A stretch of 34,858 bases of DNA from an uncultured Bacteroidales bacterium (lineage in GTDB: Bacteria > Bacteroidota > Bacteroidia > Bacteroidales > JALTDM01), in contig CAZSHT010000002.1 in the NCBI GenBank assembly GCA_964606715.1, positions 1 to 34,858 on the forward strand, read 5' to 3'. The notes beneath the pieces were generated by a model. It searched no databases. It saw nothing but the letters and a program-made list of their open reading frames with translations, and was not told the origin of the DNA. Positions 28,501 to 34,858 of the stretch are shown piece by piece. A program made the translations under genes and the position numbers. Numbering within the stretch: the first letter of the stretch is position 1; each line of letters starts with the position of its first letter.

Positions 28501-28910
28501 GTGACGGCATGGACTTATCACTTTGCAAAATAGACAAATCATCAAAAATTGTTGAATTTTCGGGAGCCATGAATCCACTATATCTTATTCGTGACAAAAA
28601 TCTTATTGAAATCAATGCCAACCGTTTCTCTCTAGGCACATATGGAAGTGACGAATATACAAAATTTGACACACACCGTTTTACATTCAAAAAAGACGAT
28701 ATGATTTACCTATTTTCCGATGGTTTTATGGATCAATTTGGTGGACTGAAAAACAAAAAATACTTAGCATCTCGATTTAGACAGTTTTTATTGGCAATAT
28801 CTTCTAAACCTGCTCAAACTCAAAAAAAGATGATTGCGGAAGAATACACCCTATGGAAAGGCAATAATAAACAAATCGATGATGTTACAATAATTGGCAT
28901 TCAATTTTAG
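25569..28910 (+). CDS. Membrane sensor: periplasmic two-component-regulator beta-propeller repeats + Y_Y_Y domain + TM + PP2C/SpoIIE serine phosphatase
   Basis: 1113 aa. N-terminal anchor or signal, many W(I/V)GT..GL repeats, an Ig-like Y_Y_Y region (LDPGTYTFKIKGSNND), a TM helix IWAYIAYFLIIGGITFAIF and a coiled coil. Then PP2C motifs SGDFYWF, AAVDCTGHGVPGAFMS, FSDGFMDQ and DDVTIIGIQF. Confidence 0.8.
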   Translation: MKRPIKKTILFIGLLIGIFFGKILFAQNKTIVFEHYTVENGLSQSTTNCLFQDSRGYIWIGTQDGLNLFNGKKFTIFYNNALDKNTLSNKWIYDVQEDKQGNIWVATLSGLNKFDRKTFSFQHFYHNNKNPRSLPQNTIMGLLIDKNNTMWLRSKDLLIRYYKNEFYSYEIPKDLFPLKRENKTIPLVETPRYIFTTSSNGLVKIDKKTFSIELIHNKPTINYFPLTDNNVTALSYDKKRQTLWIGTINGLTKLELQHSKFIKYQITNKDKHYIPIKKINAIVVDKHENLWIGSDNGLLFFNPTNNIYSLYQAEKNDPQSLNNNVITNLLLDASENLWIGTDGNGVDKIDLKPPKFKLYQRTANPKSVQLSMNIIASVYKDDDGKIWIGTWGKGLNIYDPRTNTISYYNSHSPAGFQINEDHVHSILKCSNGLIFLGTRQGITVYDPVQKRFTDLAVYYPTVEFPKFKDNRIYKLIEDSRNNIWIATQSGLYVFNLVTLETRSYFKTDGLADNSIIELMQDDLNKIWIGTANGLTIYDPDNKEHPFTTTRRNENTLSTKKGNDTYSTLSNNYINAIVQGENYYWIGTASGLNRYDPTTKTFKYYFTQDGLPNNNIYEIIIDNSNNLWISTNRGICKYNIDKNKFISYDQHDGLQGLEFNNGASYISLAGEIFFGGVNGLNSFYPQNMNDNNYIPNIDFNYFEIISTKSNKPIISQLLTNDTIHLYHYDKSLTIYYSTLEYTNPKKNQYSHFLSGDNHWTNTGNKNFTSYTNLDPGTYTFKIKGSNNDYVWSKEKTITIIVKPIFWKTIWAYIAYFLIIGGITFAIFQARVSKLKTANQLLEAKEEASRVLAIKQKQLEEKDKDITDSLKYAERIQRATMPTVHLLHHAFTNSFVFYQPKEPVSGDFYWFVQKENLFFVAAVDCTGHGVPGAFMSLIGINLLNTIIVNNGIEDTGEILDHMNKGLYDTLNKEIDDIALRDGMDLSLCKIDKSSKIVEFSGAMNPLYLIRDKNLIEINANRFSLGTYGSDEYTKFDTHRFTFKKDDMIYLFSDGFMDQFGGLKNKKYLASRFRQFLLAISSKPAQTQKKMIAEEYTLWKGNNKQIDDVTIIGIQF

Positions 28911-29549
28911 ATGAAACCTTTTTTTTTCACTCTTTCATTAACGATTCTCTCTTTTTCAGTTTTTTCACAATCTAATATAACTCTTTCTTTTAACAACGGT
29001 TTCTTTCTAAATTTTGACCAAATATTAAAAAATACTCCCATTTCTACCGAACAAATTATTAGTTCTTTAAATCATGAAAATCCATTTTTTCTAAAAAAGG
29101 TTTTTGAACAAGACAGCATTCATTATCTTGATGAAAATGCTAATGAAATAACCGTTAGCACAAACGATATATGGGGATATGCTTTCAACAATGTTTTATA
29201 CATTAATTATCAAAATCAATTCAATCGCATTGCACAATTAGGCAAGATTTCTATTTTTTTGGCCAAAGTAACCGTTACCAAAACATATGACACGATGAAT
29301 AATTATGATGGCTCTTTGTATCTTCCCGAAAGCCGTAGCACTACCACGACTGAACTTCAACGCTATATTATTGATTTTAGTAATGGACAGATTTATCCGT
29401 TTAGCACAGAATCTGTTAAACTTCTACTCAGTAGCGATAGTGATTTATACACAAAATACATGCAACTTTCGAAGCGAAAACGAAAAAAAATGATATTTTT
29501 GTATATTCGTGAATTCAATAAAAAACATCCTTTAATAATCCCAAAATAA
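28911..29549 (+). CDS. Hypothetical secreted protein, no recognisable domain
   Basis: 212 aa with signal peptide MKPFFFTLSLTILSFSVFSQ. Its ATG directly abuts the sensor stop (TAGATG). Basic KRKRKK patch near the C-terminus. Confidence 0.5.
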   Translation: MKPFFFTLSLTILSFSVFSQSNITLSFNNGFFLNFDQILKNTPISTEQIISSLNHENPFFLKKVFEQDSIHYLDENANEITVSTNDIWGYAFNNVLYINYQNQFNRIAQLGKISIFLAKVTVTKTYDTMNNYDGSLYLPESRSTTTTELQRYIIDFSNGQIYPFSTESVKLLLSSDSDLYTKYMQLSKRKRKKMIFLYIREFNKKHPLIIPK

Positions 29550-29556
29550 AGCACTT

Positions 29557-30411
29557 ATGAAAAAAACAATTCTTGTGTTTTTTATTTCCTTAGGATTTAT
29601 CAGCACAGCATTTTCTCAGCTTATCGTTCCTACGGCAGAATTATTGACACAATTCAAAACAACGACAACTTTGGTTGTATACGATCCAAACCCTATGTCA
29701 GATTATAATATCAAAATTAAGGAAGCCGTAGAAAATCATTGGAAAATTACACCTTATCGTTTTATCTCTCAAAAGGAGTTTGAAAAATTGCGTTCCGATA
29801 AACAATATTCTTTTTTAACTCTCGAACGCGTTTTTATTGAAAAAGATAAAACCCAAGCCCAATACGAATTTCTGACTCTCTCCTTAGGCGGAAAATACAA
29901 AAGCACAACCGAAATGCCTAATATTGCTGTTATTCCCGTTGCCTATTATGGCGTAGACGAAGATTCATATACCTACAAAATGCCAACTCTTATTCAATTT
30001 ATTCAAAATCACATTAAAGTGATTGAAACCAACCCCGGCATTAATGATTTAACAATTAGACATTATTACAATAAACAAATTACCTCTGCCACAAACAAAA
30101 CCTTACTTTTGAGCAAAGAAGACTTGGAAAATTCAGTTAACAGTGTTGCCAAAATAAAAAAAATCGTTTCTCTACCCGTTAAGATTGTTTCACACGATGA
30201 CATAGAAGAAGCCATTTCCAATGGTGATGACATCTTATTTCTGCACAAAGTAGGACCGGAAGGCACCAAACGAAAAGCCCGTTGCTGGATTACCATACTC
30301 GGGGCAAAAGATGCCAAGCTGTATTACTTTAATTATCATATGATTGACGCCAAACATCCCGACGCTATGTTGCGTTCCGATTTTAAAAAATTAGCAAAAA
30401 AATTAAAATAA
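29557..30411 (+). CDS. Hypothetical secreted protein, no recognisable domain
   Basis: 284 aa with signal peptide MKKTILVFFISLGFISTAFSQ. Starts 7 nt after the preceding gene. Confidence 0.5.
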   Translation: MKKTILVFFISLGFISTAFSQLIVPTAELLTQFKTTTTLVVYDPNPMSDYNIKIKEAVENHWKITPYRFISQKEFEKLRSDKQYSFLTLERVFIEKDKTQAQYEFLTLSLGGKYKSTTEMPNIAVIPVAYYGVDEDSYTYKMPTLIQFIQNHIKVIETNPGINDLTIRHYYNKQITSATNKTLLLSKEDLENSVNSVAKIKKIVSLPVKIVSHDDIEEAISNGDDILFLHKVGPEGTKRKARCWITILGAKDAKLYYFNYHMIDAKHPDAMLRSDFKKLAKKLK

Positions 30412-30417
30412 ATTATT

Positions 30418-30963
30418 ATGAAGAAAATCATCATTACATTTCTCCTTTTCACTTTTAGTTTGTCATTTTCCCAAGCTCAGAAAGCACCAAAGATTGTTAT
30501 TGCCGCCTCCAAAAACAATCTTAAAAAAATACAAAGTTTTGTCAAGAAAGGAGCCAACCTCGATGCACAAGCACGAAATAAATGGAGTGCCTTGGCTTAT
30601 GCCGTCCAAAATAATAACTTGGAAATGGTGAAAACTCTTGTCAACGGTGGTGCCAATATTGACCTGAAAATCAACACAAAAGAAACACCTCTTTTAATGG
30701 CAACCAAAGGTAATAAAGCTGATATTGCCGTTTTCCTTATTGACCACAAAGCCAATATAAATGCTCGTGACATTATGGCAAACACACCTCTTCATTGGGC
30801 TGCAAAGGCAGGTAATAAAAATCTCATTGACAAGCTATTATCCAGTGGTGCCGATATTAATGCAAAAAATATTAGTGGACACACACCACTCGATATGGCT
30901 TCCGGTTCAGTAAAAAAACTTCTTATTGAAAAAGGTGCTAAAACCAGTAAAGAATTACTATGA
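30418..30963 (+). CDS. Secreted ankyrin-repeat protein (about 4 ANK repeats)
   Basis: 181 aa with signal peptide [23 protein letters not shown] consensus segments such as [29 protein letters not shown]. Its stop overlaps the hisS start as ATGA. Confidence 0.85.
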   Translation: MKKIIITFLLFTFSLSFSQAQKAPKIVIAASKNNLKKIQSFVKKGANLDAQARNKWSALAYAVQNNNLEMVKTLVNGGANIDLKINTKETPLLMATKGNKADIAVFLIDHKANINARDIMANTPLHWAAKAGNKNLIDKLLSSGADINAKNISGHTPLDMASGSVKKLLIEKGAKTSKELL

Positions 30964-32294
30964 GTATAGCCTCAATCCCTAAAGGAACACGCGATTTTTT
31001 ACCATCAACAATGGTAAAACGAAACTATATTTTTGATACTTTAAAAACTATCTTTGAACAATACGGTTATAGTCCGATAGAAACGCCTGCTATTGAAAAC
31101 CTATCGACATTGATGGGGAAATATGGCGAAGAAGGCGACAAATTATTGTTCAAAATATTAAATCAAGGACTCCCAAAAGAGCTCTCGGCACAACCTCTCA
31201 AAGACATCACAAGCAGAGGTTTGCGTTATGACCTTACAGTTCCGTTTGCCCGTTTTGTTGTGCAACACCGCAATGACCTTATTTTCCCGTTCAAACGCTA
31301 CCAAATACAACCTGTTTGGCGTGGTGACCGCCCTCAAAAAGGACGATACCGTGAATTTTATCAATGTGATATTGACATTATTGGAAATAATGGATTATTC
31401 AATGAAATTGAGCTATTGGAAATCATACATCGCAGTTTTCAAAAACTCGGCATCAACATTACCATTAAACTAAATAATCGTAAAGTCTTGGCAGGTATTG
31501 CCGAAGTCATTGGCGAAACCGAACGACTTACAGACATTACCGTTGCCATTGATAAAATCGATAAAATCGGTATTGAGAAAGTAAAAATAGAATTGCTCGA
31601 AAAGGGTATTTCTCAAAAATCGGTGGAACAACTGTCTCCACTACTGCAATTTGATGGCAATACAACTCAAAAAATAACTTTTCTCACCGATTATCTTTCT
31701 TCTTCTGAGGTCGGACAAAAAGGTATTGAAGAATTATCTTATATTTTTAATTTTTTGGAACAATCAAAATCCCCCATTCTTTCTGAACTTGAACTTGATA
31801 TCTCATTGGCTCGCGGATTGAACTATTACACCGGGGCTATCTTTGAAGTAAAAGCAACCGATGTTGGCATTGGAAGCATCACCGGTGGTGGTCGTTATGA
31901 TAACCTGACAGGCATATTTGGGCTTCCCGATGTATCGGGTGTAGGTATTTCGTTTGGTGCCGACCGCATTTACGATGTGATGGAACAACTACAATTGTTT
32001 CCAAAAGATTTGGAAAATACCGTCCAAATTTTATTTGTCAACTTTGGGGAAAAAGAATTAATTCACATCAACACCATTCGTCAAAAATTTATTGATGCTA
32101 ATATCTCTTCTATTGTATTTCCCACAAAAGCAAAGATGAAGAAACAATTCGATTATGCCAACAAAAATCACATTCCTTTTGTTGCCATTATTGGTGAAGA
32201 CGAATTGAAAAACAATACTATTTCATTGAAAGATATGACAACGGGCAAACAAGAAACCATTAGCATTGAAGATACCATTGAGAAACTAAGATAA
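30960..32294 (+). CDS. hisS: Histidine--tRNA ligase
   Basis: 444 aa. Class II motifs [16 protein letters not shown] and GGGRYD, plus a C-terminal anticodon-binding domain. Confidence 0.93.
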   Translation: MSIASIPKGTRDFLPSTMVKRNYIFDTLKTIFEQYGYSPIETPAIENLSTLMGKYGEEGDKLLFKILNQGLPKELSAQPLKDITSRGLRYDLTVPFARFVVQHRNDLIFPFKRYQIQPVWRGDRPQKGRYREFYQCDIDIIGNNGLFNEIELLEIIHRSFQKLGINITIKLNNRKVLAGIAEVIGETERLTDITVAIDKIDKIGIEKVKIELLEKGISQKSVEQLSPLLQFDGNTTQKITFLTDYLSSSEVGQKGIEELSYIFNFLEQSKSPILSELELDISLARGLNYYTGAIFEVKATDVGIGSITGGGRYDNLTGIFGLPDVSGVGISFGADRIYDVMEQLQLFPKDLENTVQILFVNFGEKELIHINTIRQKFIDANISSIVFPTKAKMKKQFDYANKNHIPFVAIIGEDELKNNTISLKDMTTGKQETISIEDTIEKLR

Positions 32295-32306
32295 TTTTCG
32301 TTTTAT

Positions 32307-32347
32307 AAAAAAAACGCCACACTTCAGTCTCGTGTGGCGTTTTTTTG
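32307..32347. terminator. Bidirectional rho-independent terminator between convergent hisS and the fumarase gene
   Basis: Stem aaaacgccacac (32311..32322) / gtgtggcgtttt (32332..32343) with a 9-nt loop. An A-run lies upstream and a T-run downstream, so it is functional in both orientations. Confidence 0.8.
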
Positions 32348-32366
32348 TTCACTTATTTTTCCTTTT

Positions 32367-33971
32367 TTAGATTTGCTCAAAGAAATCGTTTCCTTTATCA
32401 TCGGTAATGATAAAAGCAGGGAAATCTTTCACTTTAATTTTACGAACAGCTTCCATTCCTAACTCAGGAAAATCGATAACTTCTATTGACTTGATGTGTT
32501 TCTTGGCAAGCACAGCAGCCGGTCCACCAATAGAACCTAAATAAAAACCACCATATTTTTGGCACGCTTCTTTCACTTGTGGTGAGCGATTTCCTTTTGC
32601 CAACATAATCATACTTCCACCTTTGGCTTGGAACGGTCCTACATACGGATCCATTCGTCCGGCAGTCGTTGGTCCAAAACTTCCTGAAGGCATTCCTTCC
32701 GGTGTTTTTGCCGGCCCTGCATAATATACCGGATGATTTTTGAAATACTCCGGCATCGGTTCTCCGTTGTCTATAATTTCTTTGATTCGTGCATGAGCCA
32801 TATCACGAGCAACAATCAATGTTCCGGTTAAACTCAATCGTGTTTTCACCGGGTATTTTGTCAATTCCGCCAAAACCTCTTTCATTGGTTTGTCCAAATC
32901 AATTTCCACAGCAGGTTTCAAATGCGGTGCTTCATCAGGTAATAATCGAGCCGGATTTTTTTCCAATTGTTCTACGAAAATTCCTTCTTCGGTAATCTTT
33001 GCTTTAATGTTTCTGTCGGCACTACAACTCACTCCCATTCCTACAGGATTTGAAGCAGCATGTCGCGACATACGAATTACACGAACATCATGTGCAAAAT
33101 ATTTTCCGCCAAATTGTGCTCCGATACCCAATTCTTGAGCCATTTTCAAAATACGCTCTTCCCATTCTACATCTCTAAATGCGATACCTGCATCATTTCC
33201 TTTTGTCGGTAAACCGTCAAGATATCCGGTGGAAGCTAATTTTACAATTTTCAGATTTGTTTCGGCAGAAGTCCCTCCTATTACAAATGCTAAATGATAT
33301 GGCGGACAAGCAGCCGTTCCTATTGATTTTAATTTTTCTTTGAAAAATTTCATCAAGTTTTCCTCTGTCAACAAGGCTTTCGTTTCTTGAAACAAATACA
33401 CTTTATTGGCAGAGCCTCCTCCTTTAGCTACAAACAAAAAATCATAATGATTTCCGGGCTTGGAATAAATATCTATCTGTGCAGGTAAGTTGGTTCCTGA
33501 ATTTTTTTCTTCCAACATAGAAAACGGAACGACTTGCGAAAATCGTAAATTATTTTTCTGATAAGTATTAAATACTCCTTTTGCAAAATACTCAGCATCG
33601 TTTACGCCGGTATATACATCTTCTCCTTTTTTTGCCATAACAATTGCAGTTCCCGTATCTTGACAACTTGGCAAAACACCTTCGGCTGCAATAGCTGCAT
33701 TTTGCAACAAAGTATAAGCTACAAACTTATCGTTATCGGTAGCTTCCGGATCGTTCAATATTTTTTTTAGTTTTTCCAAATGAGCTGTCCTCAGAAAAAA
33801 TGACACATCGGTCATGGCTGTTTCTGAAAGCAATTCCAACCCCTTCGGATCGACTTTTAAAATTTTTCGACCACAACATTCTTCTACCGACACATAATCT
33901 TTTGTTATTAAACGGTATTCCGTAGTATCCTCTCCCGTAGGAAACGGATCTTGATAAATAAATTCACTCAT
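32367..33971 (-). CDS. Class I (Fe-S dependent) fumarate hydratase, fused alpha/beta
   Basis: 534 aa. [10 protein letters not shown] motif in the N-terminal domain, with a C-terminal beta domain ([17 protein letters not shown]). Confidence 0.9.
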   Translation of the reverse strand: MSEFIYQDPFPTGEDTTEYRLITKDYVSVEECCGRKILKVDPKGLELLSETAMTDVSFFLRTAHLEKLKKILNDPEATDNDKFVAYTLLQNAAIAAEGVLPSCQDTGTAIVMAKKGEDVYTGVNDAEYFAKGVFNTYQKNNLRFSQVVPFSMLEEKNSGTNLPAQIDIYSKPGNHYDFLFVAKGGGSANKVYLFQETKALLTEENLMKFFKEKLKSIGTAACPPYHLAFVIGGTSAETNLKIVKLASTGYLDGLPTKGNDAGIAFRDVEWEERILKMAQELGIGAQFGGKYFAHDVRVIRMSRHAASNPVGMGVSCSADRNIKAKITEEGIFVEQLEKNPARLLPDEAPHLKPAVEIDLDKPMKEVLAELTKYPVKTRLSLTGTLIVARDMAHARIKEIIDNGEPMPEYFKNHPVYYAGPAKTPEGMPSGSFGPTTAGRMDPYVGPFQAKGGSMIMLAKGNRSPQVKEACQKYGGFYLGSIGGPAAVLAKKHIKSIEVIDFPELGMEAVRKIKVKDFPAFIITDDKGNDFFEQI

Positions 33972-34095
33972 GATTGTATTTTTATGATTTTGATACGACT
34001 AATGTAATAGATTTAATATCACAAATAGATGTTAAAAAATAGGAAACAGATATATTTTCTAACAATACGACAAACACTTAATTAAACAAAAATAC

Positions 34096-34103
34096 TATCT
34101 TTG
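34096..34103 (+). promoter_or_regulatory. Candidate -7 promoter box (TATCTTTG) for the right-edge membrane protein
   Basis: TAnnTTTG match overlapping the TTG used as start in the track, 22 nt upstream of the ATG at 34125. Confidence 0.4.
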
Positions 34104-34124
34104 TTTCTTAAAACATTTGTAAAA

Positions 34125-34835
34125 ATGGATAAAGAAATTACATTATTGGAACTTATTATAAAAATAATTCGATTTTTCAGACGACATCTTAAAGGTTATG
34201 TCATTACAACTATTTTAGCTATTATTTTGGCATTTGTCTATAATACAGTAAAACCTATTTCTCAGGAAATTACTTTTCAAATCACCACGAACATAACACC
34301 TAAACAACTAATAACAAACAACTTATCAAACCTACAGAAAACATCGACAACATTTTCTAAACTAACCAGCGATACAACTAAAACAACCATAAATTTAACT
34401 TTAAATGTTTCTACTGTCGTAGATAATGATTCTATTATTCAACTTTTTTCTGAACGATTTGAAAATGATCCTATCATTATCCAATATTTAAGTCAAAAAA
34501 AACAAGAAACAAAATTACTGGTCAATACTATTAAACATTTCTACAATTTAAATGATTCACTTTACAAAACTGCTATTTCGTCCAATGGCACAAAAACTCT
34601 CTACAACTTTCTTTCATGGATGCCTATAAGCACTATAAACTCTTATGTTAATGCTATTTATAAGCTCAACCATTTCGATGAACTTTCACAAATTAGGATT
34701 CAACACATTGCAACAAACGACAATAGTTTAAGTTTTGCTAAAATAATAATCATCTTATTAGTATTAACTTTTGGAATAGGAACTATTATTTTTGTTATTG
34801 TCGATTTAAATAATATTATCAACCAAGAAATATAA
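34125..34835 (+). CDS. Bitopic membrane protein with Wzz/chain-length-determinant-like topology
   Basis: Start moved to ATG 34125 (MDKEITLLELIIKIIRFFRRHLKGYVITTILAIILAFVY, resembling Wzz N-termini). A second TM lies at the C-terminus (IIIILLVLTFGIGTIIFVIV). The intervening region is N/T/I/K-rich. Very low GC. Confidence 0.4.
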   Translation: MDKEITLLELIIKIIRFFRRHLKGYVITTILAIILAFVYNTVKPISQEITFQITTNITPKQLITNNLSNLQKTSTTFSKLTSDTTKTTINLTLNVSTVVDNDSIIQLFSERFENDPIIIQYLSQKKQETKLLVNTIKHFYNLNDSLYKTAISSNGTKTLYNFLSWMPISTINSYVNAIYKLNHFDELSQIRIQHIATNDNSLSFAKIIIILLVLTFGIGTIIFVIVDLNNIINQEI

Positions 34836-34858
34836 ACTTTACTTAGAAGATTTTGGCA

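Noticed and set aside
28919-28927. A T9 homopolymer at codons 3-6 of the 212-aa secreted protein, considered as a slipped-strand phase-variation switch.
   Set aside because: Runs of 8-9 A or T are frequent in this AT-rich window, including inside housekeeping-type genes (A8 at 18061-18068 in the U32 gene, A8 at 29486-29493). Without population data there is no support for phase variation.
1-34858. Scan of the whole window for mobile elements, tRNA/rRNA genes, CRISPR arrays, toxin-antitoxin pairs and known defence-system components (nucleases, helicases, methyltransferases, STAND or SIR2/TIR-like ORFs).
   Set aside because: No ORF has integrase, transposase, recombinase, nuclease or helicase motifs that I can recognise. 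Intergenic regions are short (mostly under 180 nt) and contain no tRNA-like or arrayed repeat structure. The window looks like core chromosome, with the possible exception of the far right edge.

Overview
AT-rich chromosomal segment with hallmarks of a Bacteroidota genome: a 287-aa primary sigma factor, TAnnTTTG -7 boxes 18-35 nt upstream of several start codons, no obvious Shine-Dalgarno sequences, and OstA-like and PorQ/PorV-like outer-membrane proteins. I support about 33 protein-coding genes, densely packed and mostly housekeeping. They include yceD-rpmF-plsX, lnt, an M23 peptidase, maeB, guaB, purE, hpt, adk, speB, rpoD, miaA, hisS and a class I fumarase. I see no rRNA, tRNA, CRISPR array, transposase, integrase or recognisable defence genes. 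Two clean rho-independent terminators are visible. I could not identify a clearly novel system; four regions go beyond routine annotation. (1) A same-strand cluster at 16.9-20.1 kb has an Fe-S type U32 protein, a DUF134 regulator fused to a triple-CPQC Cys-rich tail, a NifX-like protein with a His-rich tail, and a secreted ChaN/Tiki-like protein. (2) A 1113-aa periplasmic beta-propeller/Y_Y_Y sensor is fused to a PP2C/SpoIIE phosphatase. It has no visible partner-switching genes and is followed by two domain-less secreted proteins and a secreted ankyrin protein coupled to hisS. (3) An ~8.8 kb guaB-led envelope operon has a cytoplasmic MoxR ATPase tightly spaced between periplasmic SurA-like chaperones and an OstA-like protein. 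(4) A very low-GC Wzz-like membrane protein sits at the right edge. All functional calls come from reading the supplied translations for family motifs; no database search was possible.
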